Below, piece by piece: positions 38,701 through 45,331 of a DNA stretch of 64,000 nucleotides. How positions within the stretch are numbered: position 1 is the stretch's first letter; every line of letters begins with the position of its first letter. Origin of the DNA: Novosphingobium sp. (GTDB taxonomy: Bacteria > Pseudomonadota > Alphaproteobacteria > Sphingomonadales > Sphingomonadaceae); contig JBKBUD010000003.1 of assembly GCA_046290865.1 (NCBI GenBank), positions 8,600-72,599 on the forward strand, written 5' to 3'. Both the position numbers and the translations under genes were made by a program. The notes under the pieces were generated by a model. It had not been told where the DNA came from. It ran no database searches and was given only the letters and a program-made list of their open reading frames with translations.

Positions 38701-40895
38701 CCAGCGCGGCGACCGATCTTGCGCTCACGTCTGGCGCAACGGGTGATATTTCCGCCCGGGCCCTTGCCGCAGGTGGAAGCATCGGCATCGAAGGGCGCGA
38801 CACCACGCTCGGTAGCGCAGCGGCTGGCGGTAATTTCAGCGCTGCGGTCCGCTCGCTCGCGAGCCCGTCGATCACTGCGGGCGCCACCTTCACGGTGTCC
38901 GGCACCGGCGCGGTGGAACTTGGCACAGCAAGCGCGGGCAGTGCGCTCAGCGTGAACAGCCAGACGCTGACCTTCACCCGCATGTCCTCGGGTGGCACGC
39001 TCCTTGTCGGCACCAGTGGCGACGTCAGCGGCGGCGATCTCGTCGCTACCGGAACCATGCGCATCAACACCGGGACTGGCCGCTTCACCTATGGCACTCT
39101 CGACGGCGGCGACATCGCGATCGTCGGCGGTTCGGCGTCCGGTGGCAGCATCCGGGTCCGGGCCGGGGATCTCAATCTCGGCGTTGCTGGAGAGGCGAAT
39201 GTCGGGGCGATCGACGCCAGCGGCAACGTCGCTATCGACGCCCAGCGCCTTGTCTTCAGCACGATTTCGGCCGGCGGCACTTTCGGTACCACCAACCGCT
39301 CGATGACAGGCACCTCGATCTCGGTCGGCAATGACGTTTCCATCTCGAGCCAGGGCGACATTGCGCTCGCGGGCCTGACCGGCGCATCCGCGCAGATCAG
39401 GTCGGCCGGCATCGTCAACATCACGGGCGTGCAACTCTCGGGCGTGATCTCGGTCTCTGCCGATGCTGTCGGCCTCGACGCTCTGGGCGATCTCGCGATC
39501 CGCACCATCGCCGCCGATCGCGGCAATGTCGATGTCACGGCAGAGGGTTCGATCACCGGCAACACCATCAACGCGCTCGGCGACATCAATCTCTTGGCCC
39601 GCAACGGCGATGTCGTGATCAGCCATCTTTCTGCAGGCTACTCGAACGTCTTCGGCGGTTCGGTCCGCCCTCAGGGCACCGTCACCGCCGGGGCCATCGG
39701 CCAAGGCAACATCGATATCGTGGCGAACGGCGATATCGTCATCAACGACGTGGCCGATGCAGCCAAGGCCTTCACCATGAACGCCGGCAACACCATCCGC
39801 ATCAACGGACTGGCGACCGGGGCAACGATGGACCTCACCTCGGCCGATCTCGAGATCGGAGCCAGTGGGCGCCTTGGCGAAGCCGCGCACACCGACGCGA
39901 TCACCCTGCGCAACACCGGCCAGGGACCGCTGCGGCTGGGCGACAACATCGCTTCCACGGTCAGCGGCTATGCCATCTCGCAAGCCGAGTTCGCGCGCAT
40001 CCGCTCGCGCGGTGATCTGACGATCCGGGCGAACCAGGCGCTGCTGGTGGGCGATCTTGCAGTCGTTGCCCAAGCTGGCACGGTGCAGGGACAGATCGGT
40101 GAGAACGGCACCTTGTCATTGCGCTCGGGTAGTCTGGCGAGCTTCCTCGGCGCGCTGTCGATGACCAACGCGGGGGGTAACACCTTGGCCATCAACAGCC
40201 AGAGCGGGGTGTTCCTTGATGCCGCCACGGGCTCGATCCGCCTGCTCGAGGGCACGGTGGGTGGAGGAGCCCTCGCGATTTCCGGAACCGGCATCGCCAT
40301 GGTCACGCGCAGCGCGCTTAATGACATCTCGCAACTGACCGACACCGCCCTGATCACGGATCGTCTCGGCCTCAACGATGGCGTCGCCGATGGCCGGACC
40401 CTGGTCGAGGCCGACACCATCCAGTTGCGTTCCGATCGCGATGTCTACATCCAGAACACCTCGCTAGGCACCAGGCTGGATGACCGCCGCGGCCTGGTCG
40501 CGCGCGCGCTGCGCATCGGCAGCCGCGATGGCAGCCAGCTCGACATCGTGATCAACGGCATCGTCAACGGTCAGGTCGGCGTCGATGCAATCGAGCAGAT
40601 CACCTTCGAGGAAGCCTTCACCGATCTTTCCTCGGTCAACGGCTGCGTGATCGTCAATGCCAACACCTGCAACAAGCTGCCGTTCGAGATCATCGAGCTG
40701 CGCGATCTCGTCGAGGAAGTGCTGAAGAGCGATCCCGAGGACAGCGCGCTGCAGGTGACCGACAGCTTCACCAAGACCACGCTGATCCAGTTGAACCAGA
40801 TCGCACCGGCTGGCTTCGAACCACTGATCGACGAGCCGGTCACCGGCACCGGCAACGACGATCTGCTCGGAGAAGGCAAGCAGGACGGCGAGTGA
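23709..40895 (+). CDS. Giant (5728 aa) filamentous haemagglutinin-like TpsA exoprotein / adhesin
   Basis: Uninterrupted 17.2 kb ORF; signal peptide; TPS-like N-domain (TVLNRV...KVWFYNAGG...FNVGSLVL); Gly-rich tract; long beta-helix-type repeats; coupled to the TpsB gene. Confidence 0.9.
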   Translation: MPRSGPRSGKVSSHTHRKPGVARLLAGVSIGAASLVLAASPLNAQAVNGTPTPQFGIGGISRSTPGLDAVFVTGSEALVDWTASDSGGVFLPEGNTLRFIYDGSAPYTVLNRVTDTAVGGPLSISGTVESSSLGKVWFYNAGGWVVGPKGVFNVGSLVLTSLPIAVDPATDTVSRLYGDKNEIRFGSALDPKSSVTIQSGAQINASLANSSYVALVAPRVEQAGTVSVNGSAAYVAAQAATMTINSGLFDIVVDSGSDDLEGVVHTGTTKWPANASSTDANHRVYLVAVPKNQAMTAVVSGSLGYDGATSASVVDGSIVLSAGYNVIGGDVVSTNPVGGDASLAISGLTVGQKGATTNLTGLATGDVTIDARGSTTSVRGSVDLVARGNISATIDKTNALLVDSDLSLGSLNGAKAGNVSVSVAGGGLLAVGGTLDLYSIATGAIQTDPLNGDALLAASVGEDAVSGNVRLTVNDANFSLGGSALTSIATSGVGELSAGSATSGSVSINIAQTAGATATFGGSLGDVSLYTNAANGTFGPQSPIRGGNSVSGAATLAVNGGIFDATSISLGSDAVTYAGSEAIPLDATAGAVTLSFANANGTFFTGGINAGNFASASDGGIATLGDVSLSYDNVQSATSDSIGSIDLQSFAFGNLVTPNTVSLSLSGGSSLETYDSVVSLFAQGRNSTGAQLAGNVAFLADASTLNAARLDMTSQALGGDSGSDAVGGNVSAILRNGANLALGNLASLRSTARGGNGPDGGNGTGGDVSFTLADSSFTGDLGLSSNGVAGQRSDAGGRSGIGQGGKVSFSQTGKAASFLGNTVTLDSLGQGGRPAISARTGLVAQAGDGAAGVGGDASFSVAEGTFRASSLTVGANGEGGNAQNVAGFAPGTGGSGSGGSAALSVTGGLLTVNTVDVTASGFGGDGAQSSDALGIVGGIGGAGTGGSATVNLTGGTLQTQGLTIEANGNKSQFDGFEFSYFGNGGNDFFGTGAGGAGGVGTGGNALLTVDGGTLGEVTLSSAGLPVTVTVNAIGEGGAGGYAFTMATGAGNRSGAGGDGQGGTAAIRHLSGTLDAQTIGIDATGLGGLPGNDAATVGEFALNAGKGGDGAGGTSTFEIATDFASTTLSGSTRSVDVRADGIGQAGESGLIGGAGGSGTGGTARILATGGNSSLSAPVLSAEGMGKAGGNSTDGYRGGAGGSGTGGQALVAVIGDGTRLGVDNASLRVSGTGGVGGRGGLGSDPVDEAGDGGDGGAGTGGAIGLVASNFGQLSISGTAGSSFAASGTGGKGGLGGNSAFNGWRTLGDGGDGGIGRGGTFDALAESGGTVTFDDLTLTLNGQGGAGGSFASLDVSGTYDQSVGGAGGAGFGGAINLQAVGLDSRLEAPSLVADATGRGGAGVDGFGYAADGSSANGSAGGSATGGNISILADAGGAIALATGDGNVALSANALGGNGGRAFAAITAPTGIGGNGGNGGDSGAGTGGTIAITASDSGNASLGLLGTVTLSANGTGGLAGLGGDGANSTAPVTLGGSGGNNGLANAGRGGAISVGATGATARFGTLAVNATGETFDRPFGGAGGSGTSGLGLPGSSAFVTPSGGTVSFSSADLGTASTGSLVAGDTSVDVTSKRTFPLASGAFIKELGGAISLTSSSTATTDAMRFASFSGNAAGSGAGFSDPAISLTALSGPIAFDGDLTLLSAGAIALSVGDGLTVGAGGAARFVSDTGIDIAATGTGRFSANSIRLETLGSVGITSSSCATATCRPIEAATSLVVDAQGNFAISGPAVVAGLGSLDVYAFGNVTGSANSGYLSNGSLRVRAGSNATIRNASGSSLDLEAGAVPDGVTLYYNGLLTLGEAAGGGAFNATGDIVFASGGGIAVTNGNSFSAGRGIDVRSGNDIVVGQNNSFTANTTATVPGLPVRFAAGSLTLQYSLAPTDIAALSFGSGTTVAAGTGAIAISGAAIDARVASFTGASFRADVLQTLGLASPRRNNSERLDPACLEGAICIGNVDVTGTVRIGNTDTVPLDIRAVGRIAGSDVRLLATGNVTLEGVGRVSQIVASGNLSIRSVSREIALLGGAVVEGGTVRFAAGTNISGTGNITATVDDVGLFAGGDIDAASLTAARELTSDLAAGGVAEGAFSTIGALRVGTLTLGANANITAGKSIEIGALSLGGFSGTLKAGTLLDLGSTTEVQDLSLTAATTVRFTSPSVGGNLAISGQSVSGTSAQADGTLSITSDELTVDQLQSAGDLTLTIANTAALGLVGSTGGSVFIDPATLTFDAITSANAISLAGGTITGGTLDAGTGIDVNASGALTLASAKAGTTLSLVADSLQSGALDAGSNLSLTVTKGATLTGAATSAGDITAGFGTLDFTTLDTAGLVSLEGTDLSGNGITSGTSLTALLTGDYAVTSAEAGTSLALQAATATATSLSAGANLDATVTGLADLAGVTATGDLTLTAGSLLSTTITAGGPVDIGVSGNASVGSASSGTTLTADVGTLDAGDLVAGTVLSLKAATTASITGKAQAGTDATINAASLVGGSFIASGDLGITTTGDASFVDASAGGTLTVSSADLSFNSLAGKTVGVTAANVLGNQIALTDALTINATGNVTLALIGPTAGTVDIKAANLSLDLISAGDLGVDVSGNARLGAVLGSGAVTLSADNLLVDNLSAVGTVSLSGTGINAGTILAESDLGITATADVAIDRAAAGGTLNITAAGLAANTLAAAGDLTLQVTNTAALGTVTSSGGSVVIDPALLTFSAINASGDITLSGGTITGGTLEAGGAIDATATAGLTLTTALSGTTLGLAGANIDAANLTAGTDLTLTATNSINIATAASAPRTLTLSAPDIAFKLLEGGRATLTGGQVTGGDFTGESLSVDITGALALGNAVGDHFDLKAGSIAASSIQGVTSGLGFDVALTATGGITVGSVSSGNDLLISSASLDATTLDAVRSITVNASGTANIGGAVSSLVSITAGNLGLDLVDAKDVTIDVTGTATLGSINASTGTVAITAGTLSFDNIQSLTTTSLTAGSVTGNTVGAGTVLTVRSAGSVNLADVTAGSVDLAVGDLQIGSLLTTNLAALRADTMANIGTANVGSLDYRAASASFGTIDTTGAASIIGGTVSGNALNAGTLLSITATDLNALTLAANGNVTLAVTNTATLGTVTSSGGSVAIDPATLTFDAVTASGDIALSGGTITGGTLDAGASIGLTATGALTLTSAKSGTTLSLTADSLRAGGLDAGSDLNLATTADITLSDIANAGGAVRATFSTFEFVGLNAGGLLDLAGTDLVGTNLGGPSISAGGDASIALTGRYAVTGLTVDGNLLFGAQTASGAAIDVIGNADLNVAGLTSVSTYFAGGTLSLTAGELSALALSGGNVDARIAGAATLDSGDAGANFALSAASLNAGTFRTGGDLSLSTTGSLTISGDVNAAGNLAIVAGDLDAFSLAADGGIDLNVSNNANVDFAVAGQLLHVVAGGLSLQSLSAADIAIDAGSVSGDGVSAANSLSIISTGLVDLGAALAGGALSIASRNLTASIVQSRGGNVSLSVGALANLGDVSALAGDISATAGRLNFVSASASGQVQLGGVVIGGGVVNAGTSALVSATNSMVLDTITAGAGVDLNGGDIDINAVNAGTFADYAGRDVRVGTTKAGTFATVATRNFAFDALSATDNVGIRTTRDIVGGTIDAGTTLDIDATGVVSLDVARSGDALRARFSTLGFNLLDAGGRLDLAGTDLTGTNIVAGGNALIALTGSYAVGSITGVGQLDLTAKSARSNTIAIDGNVSLTVADTAALGTITSNTGSVTIDPALLTFDAITAAGDIALSGGTITGGTLEAGAAIGVTASGALTLASAKAGTNLALGADTLQSGALDASGNIALTVAKTAALTGVANAGADFSSTAGSLDFTTINAGAAAIFGGGSINGTLVDAKGAVSASLSAGATLDSVNSGTTLAIGADSISATTLTAGTGLSLFANKTMAIGTATAGGDASLNAASIQFDSVSSTGLAAIAGGTVAGGILAGTGGIDIAVTGPVTLTSATSGAGLTIDAASLVTTSLTAAGDARLTATGNLDLGTTQAGGSLYAQGLDLSFLSLTGQTVELAGRTITGGTIDARSTLLVQADGLARLDRAQAGSTAEFYVGSLELPEIFAGDVAVGARGPAKLGRIDAAGIVSIAANSLEFSAINAAGPASISAGSITGGTISGRFGVSLNSDGAIAISSARASRSLTVSGASVTADSLSSEDSLIVHATGNVSVGALYGALAAAIDGNEITFDIASSDAVVGITGTSVKGGRIDTPGSVFVSATGNVALTAVDAGFGVQIAANTLDLPSLQAGRDVRLTITNTATLGTVTSTGGSVTIDPTLLTFSSITSANAISLSGGTITGGTLDAGTSIDVNATGNLVLDLADAGTTLSLVGANVEVGSLLSGGSSSVSAQDLVRITSAINSGGDISVTAARFTTPLLQSNSGNVSLTISGRADLTNIIAFGGDLTINAGTLRFTSAGALGAVRLGGADLAGTTVTSGTSTNIAAGTVANIGTVTAGSSVTLGGPNVTVTKVTAGTFADFDGRAINVAETTAGTTAFIDARDFTFSKLTAGESVEILSSGNTTGGTIDAGTTLKISARGDVNLDDAKAGGAITIGAANINALTITGDAGLSLTATNAIDLGTVKVLGAFDLSGASLVLSSSSSGLDSTFSLTGNATIGTVAAGLASTGQNLVQVVVQALGNSFTGGTLVPVFDVVQGQTITVSSSTNDLWSAGFLPRFSDGDGLIAFRLATAQDDSGVQPGTQIGAAFGNLTIGNFSAPFGALVGQIGNQNVLIGANGTVTAPATGTLSVGYWDSNAGDNTGSIAFTFGNGTGGGGASNPANVSISTGGNLTVSSANASSAITLDAAGALKLDSADAGTALSLTGNTIDAGTLKAGTDITLASTGASVIGSATAGGRFSADIGALDFTLIDAVGAVDIASLAGVGGGDIRSGASIVVDASGSITIRDASAATDLALTSGATGDISARALAAGGSIGIEGRDTTLGSAAAGGNFSAAVRSLASPSITAGATFTVSGTGAVELGTASAGSALSVNSQTLTFTRMSSGGTLLVGTSGDVSGGDLVATGTMRINTGTGRFTYGTLDGGDIAIVGGSASGGSIRVRAGDLNLGVAGEANVGAIDASGNVAIDAQRLVFSTISAGGTFGTTNRSMTGTSISVGNDVSISSQGDIALAGLTGASAQIRSAGIVNITGVQLSGVISVSADAVGLDALGDLAIRTIAADRGNVDVTAEGSITGNTINALGDINLLARNGDVVISHLSAGYSNVFGGSVRPQGTVTAGAIGQGNIDIVANGDIVINDVADAAKAFTMNAGNTIRINGLATGATMDLTSADLEIGASGRLGEAAHTDAITLRNTGQGPLRLGDNIASTVSGYAISQAEFARIRSRGDLTIRANQALLVGDLAVVAQAGTVQGQIGENGTLSLRSGSLASFLGALSMTNAGGNTLAINSQSGVFLDAATGSIRLLEGTVGGGALAISGTGIAMVTRSALNDISQLTDTALITDRLGLNDGVADGRTLVEADTIQLRSDRDVYIQNTSLGTRLDDRRGLVARALRIGSRDGSQLDIVINGIVNGQVGVDAIEQITFEEAFTDLSSVNGCVIVNANTCNKLPFEIIELRDLVEEVLKSDPEDSALQVTDSFTKTTLIQLNQIAPAGFEPLIDEPVTGTGNDDLLGEGKQDGE
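30480..36965 (+). repeat. Five dispersed intragenic copies of a ~70-codon repeat
   Basis: (N/D)TA(A/T)LGx(V/I)xSxxGSVxIDPxxLTFxA(I/V)...GGTITGGTL(D/E)AG begins at 30480, 31923, 33195, 35097 and 36753. Confidence 0.85.
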
Positions 40896-40933
40896 CTTGA
40901 CCTGATGCGGGGGCGCGGGGCAATGGCTGATCC

Positions 40934-42415
40934 ATGTCAGTCCACGGCCCCGCTCCCTTCGCGCCCTCCGCACCGCTCAAGCTGTTCAACAGCCTGACGC
41001 GTCAGCTGGAGGAGTTCCAGCCCGTCCACGCAGGCGAGGCGCGCGTCTATTCCTGCGGACCGACGGTCTACAACTACCCGCACATCGGCAACATGCGCGC
41101 CTATGTCTTTGCCGACATCCTTGGCCGCACGCTGTCGTTCAAGGGCCTGAAGCTCACCCACGTCATCAACATCACCGACGTCGGCCACCTCACCGACGAT
41201 GCCGATGATGGCGAGGACAAAATGGAGAAGATGGCCCGCGCCCAAGCGCAGTCGATCTGGGACATCGCGCAGCACTATACCCAGGCCTACTGGGAGGACG
41301 TGAAGGCGCTCAACATCCGCCAACCCGCACGTTGGACGATTGCCACCGAATACGTGCCCCAGATGATCGCCTTCGCTGAAAAGATCGCGGCAAAGCACTG
41401 CTACGAACTCGACAGCGGCCTCTATTTCGACGTCTCGACCGTTGCCGACTACGGTCGGCTGGCGCGCGCACAGACCGAGGACGGCGAGGGCCGCATCGAA
41501 GCCGTCGAAGGCAAGCGCAATGCCGCCGACTTCGCCATCTGGCGCAAGACCCCACCCGGCGAGAAGCGCCAGATGGAATGGGATTCGCCATGGGGGAAGG
41601 GCGCTCCCGGCTGGCATCTCGAATGCTCGGTCATGTCGGGCGAGGTGCTAGGTTTCCCGTTCGACATCCACACCGGCGGCATCGACCACCGCGAGATTCA
41701 CCACCCGAACGAGATCGCCCAGAACCAGGCGTTCTGCTGCACGAATGGGTTGGACCTGCCCGCGAACTCCGGCGCGCGGGTGTGGATGCACAACAACTTC
41801 CTCGTCGAACGCTCGGGCAAGATGAGCAAGTCGTCGGGCGAATTCCTCCGCCTGCAACTGCTGATCGACAAGGGCTACTCCCCGCTCGCTTACCGCCTGA
41901 TGTGCTTGCAAGCGCATTACCGCAGCGAACTGGAGTTCTCGTGGGACGGCCTTGCCGCTGCCCTGACCCGCCTCAAGCGCATGCTGATCGCAGTCGGCCA
42001 GTTGAAGGACCGCGCCGAAGTCTCGGAGAAGGAGCCCGGTCCCCGCTTCACGCCGTTCCTCGAACGCTTCGACGCTGCGGTCTCCGACGACCTCAACACC
42101 CCGGTCGCGCTCACGGTGTTCGAGGAGGTCCTCGCACTGAAAAAGGTGGACGCCTCCGAAAAGCTCGCGGCCCTCTCGGCGATGGACGCCGTTCTCGGCC
42201 TCGGCCTGATCGCACTCGATCGCAAGGCACTGCGCTTGAAGCCCAAGGGTGTGGAAATCGAAGAAGCTGAAATCGAGTCTGCCCTCGAAGCCCGCAAGGA
42301 GGCCCGCGCCGCCAAGGACTTCGCCCGCTCTGACACCCTGCGCGACGAACTCGCCGTCAAGGGCGTCGAGGTCATGGACGGCGATCCGCTGGGCTGGGAG
42401 TGGAAACTCGCCTGA
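40934..42415 (+). CDS. cysS: Cysteine--tRNA ligase
   Basis: YSCGPTVY, HIGN, PGWHLECS, DIHTGGIDH and KMSKS motifs. Confidence 0.97.
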   Translation: MSVHGPAPFAPSAPLKLFNSLTRQLEEFQPVHAGEARVYSCGPTVYNYPHIGNMRAYVFADILGRTLSFKGLKLTHVINITDVGHLTDDADDGEDKMEKMARAQAQSIWDIAQHYTQAYWEDVKALNIRQPARWTIATEYVPQMIAFAEKIAAKHCYELDSGLYFDVSTVADYGRLARAQTEDGEGRIEAVEGKRNAADFAIWRKTPPGEKRQMEWDSPWGKGAPGWHLECSVMSGEVLGFPFDIHTGGIDHREIHHPNEIAQNQAFCCTNGLDLPANSGARVWMHNNFLVERSGKMSKSSGEFLRLQLLIDKGYSPLAYRLMCLQAHYRSELEFSWDGLAAALTRLKRMLIAVGQLKDRAEVSEKEPGPRFTPFLERFDAAVSDDLNTPVALTVFEEVLALKKVDASEKLAALSAMDAVLGLGLIALDRKALRLKPKGVEIEEAEIESALEARKEARAAKDFARSDTLRDELAVKGVEVMDGDPLGWEWKLA

Positions 42416-42549
42416 CGTTTGCGGCGATTGCTCCGCAGAGCCTCGCTGACAACGGCAGGCCCGAGGCAAAATGGCAAGAGAATGCGTTTCAATTCAGAGG
42501 TTCTCTCCGCTAGTCCGGCTGTAGTTGATGCCTGGGGAGAGCCTTGTAG

Positions 42550-43488
42550 ATGACCGTCCTCGTGATGAATGCCATGGCCGCGCCGTTCATCGAGGCGCAT
42601 CTGCCCGATTGGATCGAGCCTCGCTTCTTCACCACCGCCGAGGAACTGTTCGCGCTGGCCCCTTCCGCCGAAATCGGCTGGTTCGATCTGTACCAGCCAG
42701 GCGGCATGGACAAGGCGATCCGCCTTGCCACGAAGCTCCGCTGGCTCAACTCGATTTACGCAGGGGTGGATTTCTTTCCTCTGGACGTGCTGCGTGACCG
42801 CGGCGTCGTGCTTACCAACGGGGCCGGGATCAATGCCGTCACCATTGCCGAATACGTGGTCATGGGCATGCTCGTGGTCGCCAAGGGCTATCGCGAGGTC
42901 GTGCGGTCGCAGGACCGGCACGAGTGGCTGCGCGACAGTCCGGGCAAGGTGGAGCTTGCTGGCAGCCGTGCCCTGATCCTGGGCTATGGCGCCATCGGAC
43001 AGCGGGTCGAGCGCATGTTGCAGGGATTTGATGTCGATGTGGTGAAGGTGCGGCGGTCGGGCGGCGAAGGGGTGCTTGGCCCCGGAGATTGGCGGGCCGA
43101 ACTGGGAACCTTCGACTGGGTGATCCTCGCCGTCCCCGCGACGCCCGAGACCGAAGGCATGATCGGCGCGGCCGAGATCGCCGCGATGAAGCCCGGTTCG
43201 ACGCTGGTCAACGTCGCGCGCGGCAGCGTCGTCGTTCAGGAGGCGCTGATTGCCGGGCTCAAGGCGGGGACGCCCGGCCATGCCTTCCTTGACGTGGTAA
43301 CACCGGAACCCCTGCCAGCCGACCATCCACTTTGGGACGTGCCCAATGCCCACGTCACCAGCCACCTCTCAGGCAGGGCGCAGACGAAGATGTTCGAGCG
43401 CTCGGTCACCCGCTTCCTCGCAAACCTGAACCGTTTCCGCGCAGGCGAACCACTCCAGCCGCAGGTTGATCTTTCGCTCGGCTACTGA
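42550..43488 (+). CDS. D-2-hydroxyacid dehydrogenase family protein
   Basis: GYGAIG, LVNVARG, LDVVTPEPL and TSHLSG motifs. Confidence 0.9.
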   Translation: MTVLVMNAMAAPFIEAHLPDWIEPRFFTTAEELFALAPSAEIGWFDLYQPGGMDKAIRLATKLRWLNSIYAGVDFFPLDVLRDRGVVLTNGAGINAVTIAEYVVMGMLVVAKGYREVVRSQDRHEWLRDSPGKVELAGSRALILGYGAIGQRVERMLQGFDVDVVKVRRSGGEGVLGPGDWRAELGTFDWVILAVPATPETEGMIGAAEIAAMKPGSTLVNVARGSVVVQEALIAGLKAGTPGHAFLDVVTPEPLPADHPLWDVPNAHVTSHLSGRAQTKMFERSVTRFLANLNRFRAGEPLQPQVDLSLGY

Positions 43489-43654
43489 CTCGCTAGGGCG
43501 TGACTCCGCCGCCCGCCTTTGATAGCCATGCAGCCAAGGGCAGGTGCGGGGGCCATAACGACACGCACCGGTTTCAAGTCCCGTGAGGTCGCATCCGAGT
43601 TGGGGAGGGTAACGCAGCCTTGGCCGCGCGTTCCCGTTGATGGAGCGACCAAAA

Positions 43655-45310
43655 ATGGCCGAAGGCAAGAAGGCGTCAGACCTGTTCATCGAGTGCCTTG
43701 AGGAAGAAGGCTGCGAATACATCTTCGGCGTTCCAGGCGAAGAAAACCTCGATTTCCTCGATTCGCTGTCCCGCTCGAAGAAGATCAAGCTGATCCTCAC
43801 CCGCCACGAACAGGGCGCCGGCTTCATGGCCGCGACCTATGGCCGCCACACCGGCAAGACCGGCGTCTGCATCGCCACGCTGGGGCCGGGCGCGACCAAC
43901 TTCGTCACCGCGGCCGCCTATGCCACGCTCGGCGGCATGCCGATGCTGATGATCACCGGCCAGAAGCCGATCAAGAAGTCGAAGCAGGGCCGCTTCCAGA
44001 TCCTCGACGTCGTTTCGATGATGGGGCCGATCACCAAGTTTACCCACCAGATGGCGAGCTCGGACAACATCCCCAGCCGCGTGCGCGAGGCCTATCGCCT
44101 GGCGGAAGAGGAAAAGCCCGGCGCAACCCACATCGAACTGCCCGAGGACATCGCCGACGAGCATACCGACTCCGTCCCATTGAAGCGCAGCCTCGTCCGC
44201 CGCCCCAATGCCGATGGCAAGTCTGTGGCGCAGGCGGTCCATGCCTTGCAGAACGCCAAGGCTCCGGTGCTGGTGATTGGCGCGGGCGCTAACCGCAAGA
44301 TGACGGGCAAGATGCTCGCCGAACTGGTCGAGAAGACCGGGATTCCGTTCCTGACCACCCAGCTCGGCAAGGGCGTGATCGACGAGCGCCATCCCAAGTT
44401 CCTCGGCTGCGCCGCGCTTTCCGCCGGTGACTTTGTCCATCGTGCCGTCGAAGATGCGGACTTGATCGTCAACATCGGCCACGACGTGATCGAAAAGCCG
44501 CCGTTCTTCATGCGCGAAGGTGGCACGCCGGTCATTCACGTCTCCACCAAGACCGCCGAGGTCGACCCGGTCTATTTCCCCTCGATCGAGGTGATCGGCG
44601 ATATCGCCAACGCGATCTGGCAGATCAAGGAAGCAATCACGCCAAACCCGGCGTGGAACTTCGATCACATGCTCGCCTATCGCGCCGCTGAAGTCGCGCA
44701 CACCGCGCCGCTCGCCGCCGATACCCGTTTCCCGATCTTCCCGCCGCACCTCGTCCAGCAGATCCGCGATGCCCTGCCCGAGGACGCGATCATCTGCCTC
44801 GACAACGGCGTCTACAAAATCTGGTTCGCGCGCGGCTACACTGCCTACCATCCCAACACCGTGCTGCTCGACAATGCGCTCGCCACGATGGGGGCAGGGC
44901 TGCCCTCGGCGATGATGAGCGCGATGCTCTATCCCGAGCGCAAGGTCATGGCGATCTGCGGTGACGGCGGCTTCATGATGAACAGCCAGGAGATGGAGAC
45001 CGCAGTCCGCCTCGGCCTCAACCTCACGGTGCTGATCCTCAACGACAGCTCCTATGGCATGATCCGCTGGAAGCAGGCCAACATGGGCTTCGAGGACTTC
45101 GGCCTGACTTACGGCAATCCCGATTTCGTGAAGTACGCCGAAAGCTACGGCGCCCACGGCCATCGCGTCACCAGTTCCGAACACCTCAAGGAACTGCTCG
45201 CCCATTGCCGCGATACGCCGGGCGTCCACCTGATCGATTGCCCGGTCGACTATTCGGAGAACGATCAGATCCTCAACAAGGACATCAAGGAACTGTCGAA
45301 GGCGCTCTAG
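43655..45310 (+). CDS. ThDP-dependent acetolactate-synthase-like enzyme (possible 2-oxoacid decarboxylase)
   Basis: FGVPGEEN, RHEQGA, TLGPGATN and the GDGGF...ND ThDP motif; no small regulatory subunit adjacent. Confidence 0.85.
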   Translation: MAEGKKASDLFIECLEEEGCEYIFGVPGEENLDFLDSLSRSKKIKLILTRHEQGAGFMAATYGRHTGKTGVCIATLGPGATNFVTAAAYATLGGMPMLMITGQKPIKKSKQGRFQILDVVSMMGPITKFTHQMASSDNIPSRVREAYRLAEEEKPGATHIELPEDIADEHTDSVPLKRSLVRRPNADGKSVAQAVHALQNAKAPVLVIGAGANRKMTGKMLAELVEKTGIPFLTTQLGKGVIDERHPKFLGCAALSAGDFVHRAVEDADLIVNIGHDVIEKPPFFMREGGTPVIHVSTKTAEVDPVYFPSIEVIGDIANAIWQIKEAITPNPAWNFDHMLAYRAAEVAHTAPLAADTRFPIFPPHLVQQIRDALPEDAIICLDNGVYKIWFARGYTAYHPNTVLLDNALATMGAGLPSAMMSAMLYPERKVMAICGDGGFMMNSQEMETAVRLGLNLTVLILNDSSYGMIRWKQANMGFEDFGLTYGNPDFVKYAESYGAHGHRVTSSEHLKELLAHCRDTPGVHLIDCPVDYSENDQILNKDIKELSKAL

Positions 45311-45331
45311 GGTTCAGGCGATTCATCTTGT

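Noticed and set aside
23709-40933. Contact-dependent inhibition (CdiBAI) interpretation of the TPS pair
   Set aside because: No VENN/ELYN-type pre-toxin motif, no recognisable toxin domain, and cysS follows after 38 bp with no immunity gene.
43655-45310. Assigning ilvB/ilvI
   Set aside because: No regulatory small subunit or ilvC adjacent; the ALDH pairing points to a different ThDP subfamily.
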